Assembly (NCBI GenBank): GCA_951406725.2 | Contig: OX597815.1 | Coordinates: 183,272,001 to 183,336,000 of the forward strand | Reading direction: 5' to 3' | DNA: 64,000 bases | From: Octopus vulgaris | Lineage: Eukaryota | Shown here: piece after piece, positions 52,608 to 64,000 of the stretch | How positions within the stretch are numbered: the stretch's first letter is position 1 | Layout: every line of letters starts with the position of its first letter | Notes under the pieces: generated by a model | What the model was told of the DNA's origin: nothing | Seen by the model: only the letters and a program-made list of their open reading frames with translations | Database searches by the model: none | Translations under genes and position numbers: made by a program

Positions 52608-55360
52608 ACCATCATCATATGTCTGTTTTCCATGCTGGCATGAGTTGGATGGTTTGATAGTAGCTGCCCAGGCTCCAGTCATTTGTTTTGGCATGGTTTC
52701 AATGGCTAGATGCCCTTCCTAATGCTAACCACTCTACTGAGTGTACTAGGTGCTTTGTATGTGGTACTGGCATGAATGCTTTTATGTGACACTGGCATTT
52801 GTGCTATTTATGAGGCACCAACACAAATGCTTTTTATGAAGTACTGACACATGCCATAAAGAACCCATTTGTATGCATGGATGGCCAGAGTTTTATTTAA
52901 CTTGACATGTCTTTTGAAGTACAGTAAATTACCAGAAGTCATCTCCTCATTGGAGCCCAATATCTGGAGATCCTTTCTCACTGCTTCATCCTATGTCTTC
53001 CTGGGTCTATCTCTTCTACAGCTTCCATCTACAATTAGAGATCAGCACTTCCATATGCATCATGTGACCATACCAGTGCAATCTTCTCTTTTACATGCAT
53101 CATCTGATGCCTTTTGTACCAATTTTTCTCTTTATACACTGTCATATATCCATAATAACACTAACCATACAGTGGAACATGCTGGCTCCATCTCTTTCAA
53201 ATTTTTGCAGGTTCTCTGTAATCATAGCCCAAGTTTCACTGTCATGCAGCATAGCTGTTCACACATGGGCATCATACAATCTGCCTTTCACTTTGAGGGC
53301 GAGGCTCTTTGTTACAACAAAGGTAGGAGCTCTCTGAATTTTGCTCAGCCTGTTCTTATTCTAGCAACTACAGTTTCAGAACATTTTCCTCCACTGATAA
53401 CTTGGTTACCTAGGTAAGGGAAACCATCTACTACTTCTAAGGACCTTAACCTTCGGACATTTGAGGAAGTTGATTCTCTGTTCATTCTTAGTGTTTATGT
53501 TACCCACACATCTGCTACATACAAAGATTACTTTCTCTATTAACTTTCTTGTGATATCACTGCACCTCTTATTTACACCATATGGAATTTCTATCAACAC
53601 CTTTCAAGGTACACTGTATGGAATTTCTACCAACCCCTTTTTGACATATTGAGCAGGACCATCTCTCTGAAGGGGTATGTGATTTGTCTGTTTTCCTACT
53701 TACTAGGACTTTGGTGTTTGCTAAATTAACTCTTGGATTCTAAACCTTGCTTCCACACCTGAAATCTTCTCTCAAGTTCTGGTAGGGATTTATCTATATA
53801 AACAAGGTCATTAGCATAGAGGAGCTTCTAAGGGCAGCCAATCTTGAATCCCTCTGTTATAACCTGGATTACTATGATAAACAAGAGGAGCCTGAGAACT
53901 GATCATTAGAGAACTCTTTCTTGTACACTAAATTCATTGCTATACTCATTACTGGCCTTCACCTTACAGCATCCATGTATATGAGTTGTGCAGCTCCCAC
54001 CAACCATTCATCAATCCCTAGCCTTTACATTGACCACCAAATGAGGTAGTGAGGGGTCCTGTGAAAGGCTTTCTCCTAGTTAACAAAAGCCAAGTACAAA
54101 GATTTTTTCTTGGCTAATATTTAGCAGCTTGCCTTTCATAATGGTATTTCCATGCCTCTTTCTTTGTAGAATTACTAACTGCAAGTGAACCCTCATCCAT
54201 GTGCATACACTTCTCTTGTACTGCATCACAATTTTCTCACACACTGTCTTGCAATCTGAAACATCTTGAGCTACTAGTCTTCATTCCACAGAAAATTGGT
54301 AAACTTCTTCCTTTCTTCTTCCCTGGATAAATATGCTTATCTCCTAGCCTCCCTTCTAGCTATCTGATATAGCACCCTGTTACTGCTACTCTCCCTGTTC
54401 TTCCAGGCCCATTCCTTTGCTCTGATGGCCCTGTCTATTTCCCTGTTCCACCACCATTTCACCTTAAGTCTGGAGAGGAGTTTGCACCAGTTGCAAATTT
54501 GGTGGCCCTCATTAAGTCATCCCATGAGAACCTCCAGGTATCCTCTATATTATATACTAGTATCCCCTTCTCATCAAATGCTTCACTGAATATGTCTCTA
54601 AATCTCTGACTACTCTGAGGCTACTTGAGCTTCCATATCTTGCTTTTCCAGACTGATTTACTTCATGGACCCCTTCTAGCCCTGAAACTGAAGTCACTAA
54701 CAACTCTTCACTTGGGAAGGATTTTGCATTAATAATTAACTACCTTTCTTGCTTTTCTGGTGAGAATGTAGTCAATCTGGCTTGTGTGATCACCAGTTTT
54801 ATAAGTGAACAGATGATTGGTTGGTTAACTGAAGTTAACATTACAGATCTTGAGGTCATTTGCATCACAGGACTCCAGCAGTCTAGATTCCCCCTCATTT
54901 TGAGATTTGACTCCTTAGTCCTTGTGCACCCCATGGAAGCCATCCAGATGCTGCCCAATATATCCATTGAGGTCATCAGCCATGTCATTGTCATTTGTTC
55001 ACAAGATAGTCTGCAAAAAGGTTTCATAAAATTAATCTTTCTGTTCATCTGGCAGCCCCAGTTGAGGAGTGTAAACAGAAATAATAGTTACTGTCTCACT
55101 TTGCAAAACTAGTCTAAGCTTAAGTATCCTATCACACACTTTGACTTCCTTAATTGCCTTATTGACCCTTTTCTTAGCAAGAAGTATACCCATACCATCA
55201 TCACTATTATCTAGCCAGATGATTTTATACTTATGTTCTTTGCCTATGAGGAACGTGGCTGAAATGCCTATCCATCTTACTCCTTGAATGTAGCTTGTAT
55301 CTACACACTTCATTCCAGCATTGGGACACTCTCACTAGATGTACCTACATTGAGTGTGCA
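52608..55360 (-). mobile_element. Near full-length decayed RTE LINE (endonuclease to 3' tail); same family as the LINE in the tandem units
   Basis: Endonuclease remnants GMGILL..DRILKLRL..IISVYTPQLG; RT and C-terminal region collinear with the array units; (GAT)n-like tail at ~52610. Confidence 0.85.
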
Positions 55361-57805
55361 ATTCTAAAGGTGAGGAAGAGGATTCTGCATCTGGAAAAGT
55401 TTGCATGGATGTTTGCCAGATATAAGTTCATATAAGTTATCTTGCATTTAATTTACAGCCATACTTTCACTTCACATCTCTACCAGAAGAGGATGTGGTA
55501 TGCTCCATTGCTTCTACAATGTCAGAATAGATAAAATAGTGCTGATAAATAACCTCACTTGCCATGTCTACCGGAAAAGGAGCATACGGTAAACACCATT
55601 GTTTGTACAAGATAAGATAGATAGATAAATAAACTAGAGCCAATAATTAGTCCACCTTAACATATTCCTGATGCTAAAAATGAAAGTTCTTACATGTAAA
55701 ATGATAGCATGAGAGGGCACAATAAAAATCTAACAAAATAGCATGAGAGGGCATAAATGTTATATTTGATTGATCTTCAAAAATAGAGTTTAAATGGAAT
55801 ATTGTAAAATATATTTTCTGGTCTAGTGCATGCAATCCTTTTATATTTGAATAAGACAGGTTTCCACACAGTTTCTGTTTAGCAAGTTCAACTTGTAAGG
55901 AATTTGTGAACCTGAACCTTTTAACAGTAGACATCTACATTGTATCTTTGACTCCTTGATGCTTTAAGGTAGCCTTAAAAAAATATTTCTCTAATGTTAA
56001 CATTAATATTGAATAAATGAATCATTAGAATTAACAAACATCTTAACATATGTTACCAACTTTTCATCAATATCAGGAATTTTATCAGTACAATATATAA
56101 AGCTAATAGTGTTTGCGATTCACTCAATTAACATTACAGATCAAAGTTTAAATCTATAAAATGCAATGATTGTCACATACTGAAATGTCTGCTTCAGATT
56201 TTCATCAATTTTAAAACAAACAGTGTTGAATTACAGTTTTTTTATTCCTCTCTTTTCTTTTCCGGGAATGTAGAAGAGGTGTGTAGGTTTGGAAAAGATA
56301 TGTGGGTTGGAAAAAAGCATTGACCTGTATCATTTTTGTTCTAACATTTCATGTATTTCATGTTTGATTTATCAATATATAATGACTCCTGCACCATAAA
56401 ATTAAAGCTTTAAAAAATGCAATCCTACTAAAATTGTTATTGTACATAGAAGCAGGAATGATGGTCTCATACTAATTATTTTATAGTGCTTAAATTTGTC
56501 ACTCTGCATTCTGAGTTTCTACTCTAATGGAACAAAATTAGTCTTTATTCTATTATTCTTCTGTGATTCATAAAATAAATACAAGCAGTAATTTGGTTGA
56601 CTCCACTATTCTCAACAAACAAGATGCATTTTGTGTGTGGTTTAGTGATTTAATGGCTAGGATATTTGGCTCATGATGATAAGATTGTGAGTTTGATCCT
56701 TGGTGGTGCATTGTGTTCTTGAGCAAGACACTTTATTTCACTTTGCTTCAGTCCACTCAGTGAGTAAAAAAACGAGTTGCACTTATAATTCAAACAGTCA
56801 GCTTTTTCACATTCTGTGTTACACAGACTCTCCCTGAGAACTACGCCCATCTGTGGGATGGTCAGCCACTTGCATATTAATTTAATGAGCAGGCTGTTCC
56901 ATTGATCAGTTCAACTGGAACACTTGTTGTAATTAATAGTATGTCAGTTATGAAATATTCATTATTTAGTACAAATGCAGAGAAATAGATCATTCAATTT
57001 CTTATGAATGCAAATTCTCTTACAGTTAGTTTGAGATATTTTGTCAAATTCTTCCGATGTTAAATGCTCTATTCTTGGTCAAATATTCTCTCTGATAATG
57101 ATAATTTTGTTCATTGAAAATAAAATATTAACCTGATTAGCTTGATATGTTTGTTTTTAAAGTTTATGAAGCATATTTTCATTGATGAAATAACTTTTCT
57201 TCTAAAGGTAAATTGGTCCAATTGCTGACTCTTTTGGCATGTTTTGTTACTTCCAGTCTTTGCTCAATTTCATAGTGGATGGCTTAATAAAATCTGGGTT
57301 CTGTGACAACTTGGGAAAGTGTCTTCTACTATAGCATCAGACTGACTAAAGCCTTATAAGTAGATTTGGTAGATAGAAATTGAAAGAAGACTGTTCTGTG
57401 TGTGTTTGTGGTTTGTGTGTATGCCTGTATTTGTGTGTATGCATGTATTTGTGTGTATGCGTGTTTGTGTGTGTGTGCGTGCGTGCGTGTGCATGTATGT
57501 GTTTGTTCCTACACCACTGCTTGACAATTGGTGTTGGCTTGTTTACATCCCCTTAACTTAGCAGTTCAGCAAAAAAGGCCAATAGAATAAGTACTAGCAT
57601 TGATTTGCTTAACTAAATCCTTCAAGGCAGTGCCCCAGCATGGTTGCAATACAATGAACAAAGCAGGTAAAAGATAAATGATAAAAGAATGGGTGAATAA
57701 AATACAGAGAAAAAAAACATCCAATCTTATTCCCATTTCTATGCTTTGACTTATATCTGTTTCTCTAACTTTCATACTTATGTTGGAAACCATTCATTTT
57801 ATTAA

Positions 57806-57999
57806 CCCTTTCATTACCAACCCGGCTGAAACCAGCTCTGAGTACAAATGTCTTGTTTTCATAAGTTTTGAATTAAAATTTTTCACCAAACCTAACACTA
57901 GCTCAATGATAGCTAAGTTATTTTACTAAATTCTTTGTTATATTTGAAGTAATTGAAAGAAACACAGAGCATCTCAAAATAAATACAGTAATGAAAGGG
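57806..57999. mobile_element. piggyBac-like MITE
   Basis: TTAA TSD on both sides; perfect 12-bp TIR CCCTTTCATTAC. Confidence 0.85.
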
Positions 58000-58112
58000 T
58001 TAAACTTTCCACTTGAAGAGTTTATGACAGCATGTATTTGCATAGTGGCTCCATGAATACTTCACATACTGAGCAGATTTCTCTAAGTACTCAAAATTAA
58101 ACTACCAGTAGG

Positions 58113-58296
58113 CACTAGAATAGCGAGGGTGGTAGGGGTATACCCCCCCCCCCCTGTTGTAGGCTATTACTGTAGGCAATGTGTTTTTTGTAGGGTCCAG
58201 GGGTGGCAAATGGAAGGGCTGCCCCGGGCGGCACACACTCTAGCTACGCTAGTGCCAAGGTTGCTCCAGGTGGCACACACTCTAGCTATGCTAGTG
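58113..58296. mobile_element. hAT-type MITE with duplicated right terminus
   Basis: 8-bp TSD ccagtagg at 58105-58112 and 58297-58304; imperfect TIR cactagaatagc / gctatgctagtg. Confidence 0.8.
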
Positions 58297-59446
58297 CCAG
58301 TAGGTATTACTTATTCCAGATAATTGAACTGCATTTTATGTGCAATAAGCTCATGCTCACCTGATATGCCCCACAGGTAACAGATACTAAACAAATTATA
58401 AGATTAAGTAACATATTCACCAAGACAAATGCTTTTGATGAGATTGCTTTCTGAAAGCTAAATCAGTGACTCTAAAAGATATGTGCGACTGCTGGAAGGT
58501 AGAATTTTAGCTTTTATTTGTGCCAAGTGGTCAGAAAATGGAATTGCTAAACAGAATCACCAAATTTTTTGTTTTAATGTCTAGGTATTCTGTTTGGCAA
58601 CCAGAGGAAATTTTATTTCAATGCAATATATCCATGTGGATATTACTGGCTAAATAATTAAGAGCTTCTGTTACTCTAGCAGATCTTAATAAACTTTCTT
58701 CTCCTCTTCCTCTCCTATGACTATCTGACTATGCTGATGATCTTGCAGATGTTTATGTATTCATATACATAAATTATTAACAAGTGAAACTAATTAGTAC
58801 ATAGGTAATCGTTTTTTATTTTGTATATTTCATTTATCTTGTTTATTTATACGCTTTGGGTTTTTGCTGATTTTTTTTCTTGAGAACACACTATCCATGG
58901 AAAATGCCGATTTTGACGTCTATATCTAACATACAGGCTGTCCAATTTTAGTGGTCAATCTTCTAAATTTTGTATGTAAAAAAATTTTTTAATCTTCGGA
59001 CTTTTTAAAATATGCTAGGCCACTGGTTTTAATTGATTAATATCAATTTCTACCCTTATTTAATTTTATATTTATATATATATGTATATATATTTATATG
59101 TATATATGTTTGTGTGTATATCTATGTATATGTGTGTATATACCTATATATATGTACATGTGTGTGTAATTCTTTCATAACTCTGAGTGGACTTTGGACT
59201 GAGAGAAATCACTAAGTCATTGAAAAAAACTCTCTCAAGACTATATATATATATATATGAAATATTAAAATGAGGGATTATTAATTCAGGCAAAATACAT
59301 CATGAGCTCTCTGTTGGCACTCAAAGCTAACAATATTGCTTAGATTGGTAAAGAACTCTGTGTTCTTATTTTTGGGTATGAGGTTATAGTTCATCACCAT
59401 TCTATATTGTAAATCCATGGTTGCACTCCAGTCAAACTGGTTTTTA

Positions 59447-59784
59447 CGACAAAGTATAAATAATGGTTATCTATTTTTCCTTTATTAGAGTAAATTAGGC
59501 TTACAGCTGTTTCTAGTAGTCATTATAGGTATGTTACTGATAGGTTTACTCGATTGTTCTATTGATCAGCTGAGAATAATTGAACAATCTAAAGATTAAT
59601 ACTACTTTTGTCATGGCTCTGATGAAAGTAGCATTAATTTTTTTAGGTTGTTTCTCAACTGATCAATAGACCAATTAAGTTAATCTATCAGTAACATACC
59701 TATAATGACTACTGGAAACTGCTGTAAGCCTAACTTACTGTAATAAAGGAAAAACATGTAATGACCATTATTTATACCTTGTCT
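59447..59784. repeat. ~340-bp imperfect palindrome (hairpin MITE-like)
   Basis: tagtcattataggtatgttactgatag is the reverse complement of ctatcagtaacatacctataatgacta; symmetry extends ~165 bp on each side of ~59615. Confidence 0.85.
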
Positions 59785-59838
59785 TATGTATGTGTATGTA
59801 TATCATCATCATTTAACGTCTACCTCCATGCTGGCGCG

Positions 59839-59904
<66 letters not shown>

Positions 59905-59919
59905 CACATGATAGAAATT

Positions 59920-60190
59920 AGGTAGTAGTAACCAACAATACTACTTGCAAGGAAATGCAAATAATGAGTGGTATCCCACAGGGTGCTGTCTTGGGGCCAC
60001 AGCTATTGATAGTGGCCCTCTCAGACATGCCCTCAGCTGCTGAGATAATTACCTGTGATAGCTATGCAGACAATACAAAATTTTCTTAGAGGACACAGAA
60101 CCCAGATGTTGTGCACCTGCAACAGGAGTTGGACATGATATACAGGTGGGCTGAGGACAGTAACATACTTGAAAATTCTAAGCTTTGTGC
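59920..60190 (+). mobile_element. LINE RT fragment (CR1/L2/Jockey-like)
   Basis: SGIPQGAVLGPQLL...YADNTK motifs. Confidence 0.75.
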
Positions 60191-61255
60191 TACTGTACTT
60201 CTCTAGCCTTCACATGTCCTCTGCATTTAGTGCCTATATCTCAATACCATGAAGCGTAGCTATATTTATAGAATCATTTAAATCCTGGTACTTATTCTGT
60301 TGAACTTTTTTACTGAATCACTAAGTTACTGGGGCATAAACAAACCAACATACACAGCAAAATGTATTTAGTGTAGCATAAGAGATAGTGCAGCAGCTGT
60401 TGTGGTTGCAAACAAAACTAAACTATGTACACCTACACCACGAGACCACCACAAATAATAGACTTAGGATGGCCAACTTTTCTGTCATGTGGACCATCAC
60501 ACCATTTCTACTGATAAATATCAGAGGCTTCCCATAAAACAGCAAGCACAAAACTGCATACCTGAGGAATCTTTCTGCTTCAATCAAGCAATGCCATGGA
60601 GCATAGCAATGCTTACATAAGCATCATATAATATATCTTTTACTCTGAATGATAGGCCTTTTGTTGTCGAGAGGTAATTACTTTCTGAACCTTCTCCATT
60701 CTACTCTCATTCTAGCTGCTAGAGTATAGTACCTATTCTAAAGTCGGTACACCATGTCCCTGCATTTTGTAAGAGGTGAGTAAAAAGTTTGGCAATAGAA
60801 AGGGTATCCAGCTGAAAAATATTGTCAGAAAAAATGTCTGGCTCTTTTCTACATGTTGTAGAAAGAAGGAAAATGAAACATTTTTTTTCATAGTCTTGCA
60901 ACAATTCCAGGTGGTCATGGAAAATTGATAACAAACTGTCTTCCTACTTTAGTAAATTAACACAAAGGATTGAGCTAACAAAGGAGACTCTGCTTGTGTT
61001 CCACCTTCAAACCATATCAGCCAAATTCCTCCAAATCACAGTATTATAGTGGCTTGATGTACTTTGGATAATATAGACACTCCCTAGAAAAATGGAATGG
61101 CTAAGGTTGAAATGTCTTTAATCACAGACCTGCTCAGTCAGAGATATCCTGGTACTAAACAACAACAACAATGAAACAAAGGATTGAACTGCTCAATCAG
61201 GGCAACTTAAAAAGATGTAATAAGAAAACAAGTTTTTTCTGATAGTTTGATATAA

Positions 61256-61261
61256 TTTATT
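61256..61261 (-). promoter_or_regulatory. Candidate polyadenylation signal AATAAA for the CTCK gene
   Basis: ~190 nt downstream of the stop codon; AT-rich context. Confidence 0.4.
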
Positions 61262-61447
61262 TTCAATTAATATTGAAATATTTCAGAGTAGATGTTTGAA
61301 ATATATACTACTATTCATATTTCAATGCTTTAACAAATTTCTTTTCATTATTTTTTTCCATTATGTATTTTAAATTGCTATTTCCCACTATATTTTGGAC
61401 AGACAAATCTTTTTCCTAATTAGAATACCATTAGTACTTTTGCAATC

Positions 61448-61746
61448 TTATCTACATTTAGTACATTCACAACTGCATATTTCTGGATAATACATGACAG
61501 TTTCTATGTTATCTGGTGGACAGAGAACCGTAACTGATCTGATTTTTGTTGCTTTCGCTTGACAGCATTCACAATTATTGTGGAACATCTCATCAGTGAC
61601 TACATCTGGTTTAGTGCTCATCAAAATTACTCCAGATGTACTTTCAGCACAATGCCCTCCACACTGAGTTACCCTCACCTTTTGAATTGCAGTACAGGTT
61701 CCATTTGTAAGGTACTTGAAATCAACTTTCACTTGGCATTTGTTTT
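61448..61746 (-). CDS. Terminal exon encoding a C-terminal cystine-knot (CTCK) domain; mucin/VWF/SCO-spondin-like secreted protein; upstream exons not found in window
   Basis: Acceptor ttctgttcctttccttcCAG, phase 1; CQVKV..C..CGGHC..CECC..C..CSCEC..CR* matches CTCK cysteine spacing; TAA at 61448-61450. Confidence 0.92.
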
Positions 61747-62399
61747 CTGGAAGGAAAGGAACAGAATTTATTATAAACATTAAAAAAAAAACCCTCTTGT
61801 CATTATTTCAGATATAAAAATGTTGGAAGATTATATTGTTATGACTTATATATCTTATAAAAATATTCTCCTCTTATTTATGTGGGTATAATTTATTTTG
61901 TGTGTACAGTAAGACATGTGACTACTACTGTATAAGTTATCATTATCCTGTCAGTTTCTGGTATAGCAGTTAGTTGACCACTGTACTTAGCAGTATTGCT
62001 AGTTATGATATACAGAGGATATGTCAAGGAAAATTAAGATAAACACCAATATAAATATTTGGTTCCTATGTCCATTTCACTATTGCAATTATTTGGAACT
62101 CAGTATTGGATGTTCCAAGTGTATTTGGATGCCTAGCTGCAATGGATCATCAGGAGAACACTTTATCGTATTCTGTTACAGAGATCTAATATCTGAAGTC
62201 AGACACATGATGAGATAATTTATAAGTATTTAGCAAAGGGAGGAGAAAAAAAGCAAGTAGTGGATAGAAAATTAAAGAAGACAAAATAACACAGTAATAA
62301 ACAGGATAAAATGTACCAGTATATTAGTAAATAAATAAAATATAAAAATGCATACATGCATGCACACATACGTAGTATACACACGCACAGCATTTGCAT

Positions 62400-63090
62400 A
62401 GGTCTCTACTTCAGAGTAAAAGGCAAACTGGATGATGCCTGTGTGCAAACAACCATGCTATATGGCAGTGAAACATGGGCTGTAACTGCTGAAGACATGC
62501 GTAGGCTTGAAAGAAATGAAGCTAGTGTGCTTCACTGGATGTACAATGTCAGTGTGCATGTACAACAGAGTAAGTGTTTTGAGAGAAAAGTTGGGCATAA
62601 AAGGCATCAGATGTGGTGTGCAAGAGAGACAACTGTGCTGGTATGGTCATGGATGCGTATAGATGAAAACAGCTGTGTGAAGAAGTGCTGATCTCTAACG
62701 GTGGAGGGAACCTGTGGAAGAGGTAGAACCAGGGAGATTCAAGAAATCATGGGATGAGGTGATGAAGCATGATTTTTTGAACATTAGGCCTCACAGAGAC
62801 AATGATAAGTGACTGGGACCTTCGGCGATATGCCATTTCTTTAGAAGACCTGTCAAGCCAAGTGAAATCGTAGTCGAGGCCGATACTGGTGTCATGTAAC
62901 CGGCACCCTTGTTAGGGGCACGTAAAAACCACCCATTACACTTTTGGAGTGGTTGGTGTTAGGGAGGGCGTCCAGCCTTAGAGACCATGCCAAATCAGAG
63001 TGTTCCTGGTGTAGCCCTGCAGCTTACCAGTTTCAGTCAAACTGTCTAACTTATGCTAGCATGAAAAGCAGATGTTAAATGATGATGGTG
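62400..63090 (+). mobile_element. 5'-truncated RTE LINE
   Basis: MLYGSETWAVTAEDMRRLERNE, followed by the shared 3' tail. Confidence 0.88.
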
Positions 63091-63767
63091 AAAATGATTT
63101 CAAGTGAAGATCAATACGAAAGTAACTGAAAATTAACGAAAAAAATATATGCATTAAGACGGATAGGTAAAGGAAGAAAAGATAAAAAAAAAAACAAGCA
63201 GAATGTGTACAGAAGGAGTTTAAGGAAGGAAAGGAGTTAAAAGGAATGTATTGTGATGGTCAGTATTTTAATTCTGTTCTTGAGGATGACATCTGGATTT
63301 GGAAAAGTGTAACAGGATTGTGACTCCATGCTAAGTTGGTAATACCTAGCAGATAAATGAAAAGATAAGCAACATAGGGGTTAAAGGTGACTAAATATAA
63401 ACAAGTCATTTAGAACAGATGTCTAAGTTCAACAGGACACTGATACAGATACATTCTCACAATGTACAACCTCACATACACACAAAACCCAGTCATTCCC
63501 ATCTCACTCATTATCCTGTATTGACCCTCCTCCAGGGAGGGTCTGAGTTAAGGTGGCATGAAGTTGGTTGGGCTTGTGTTGCATCAATCCATGCAGTGCC
63601 AGTAGAAAACCAAAGGAGGGGAAGAGAGAAAGGAGACAACACCTCTACAGACCAGAGGTTGGTGGGTGTATACTTATGTAAGTTTATTTATACATTACAG
63701 GAAGAAAACTTGCAGTTTGATCCACTAAACTTATCCAATATTTCCTAAGTCCATGTATTTTGCTTAA

Positions 63768-64000
63768 TCTACATATATATAGCTGAAGTTGTCTGTCTGT
63801 GTGTGTGGCAGGTTTGGTAGCCTTCAACTAACACTATCTCCTCAGAGACCCTGCGGTGCAAGTTAACCAAAATTGAGAGTATGATAGAAGAAGGCTTGCT
63901 CTTCATTCCGTAGAAGAAAAAAATTCAAATTGGACCATGTTAAGACCAAAAATTATTTACATCAAAAAGGTGGGTTTTTTTCTATGAAAATCCTTATTTT
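63768..64000 (+). mobile_element. Possible non-autonomous Helitron 5' end
   Basis: a|TCtacatatatatagctgaag followed by gtctgtctgtgtgt, a layout typical of Helitron-derived repeats; truncated by the window edge. Confidence 0.4.

Noticed and set aside
38236-61447. Idea that the CTCK exon and the micro-exons belong to one mucin gene
   Set aside because: The CTCK exon ends in a stop codon upstream of the signal-peptide exon, which has its own ATG and TATA box
61747-64000. Search for the penultimate exon of the CTCK gene
   Set aside because: No convincing exon with a phase-1 donor found by eye; it probably lies beyond the window

Overview
AT-rich, repeat-dense animal genomic DNA, most likely octopus (cephalopod), judged from recognisable octopus-type tRNA-derived SINEs and decayed RTE LINEs. 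Nearly all supplied ORFs are spurious or transposon debris. The main discovery is a minus-strand gene that the ORF track misses. A TATA box and a signal-peptide exon (38162-38235, MRCLSFVVVVVPVILALTATTIFA, phase-2 donor) are followed by at least nine symmetric phase-2 micro-exons of 45-48 nt. Each micro-exon sits in its own 2.3-3.1 kb tandem unit made largely of a decayed RTE LINE, and together they encode a 15-16-aa charged repeat (consensus SNG[G/E/R]EERNRGIDETLD). The array continues past the left edge, and its younger part forms a ~7.6 kb trimeric higher-order repeat. At the right end is the terminal exon of a separate minus-strand gene encoding a mucin/VWF-type C-terminal cystine knot. 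The rest is layered mobile DNA: Helitron, Tc1/mariner, hAT, piggyBac-like, Ty3/gypsy, RTE, CR1/L2, SINEs, fold-back elements and a probable Penelope-type minimal hammerhead ribozyme. Family assignments come from recalled motifs, not database searches.
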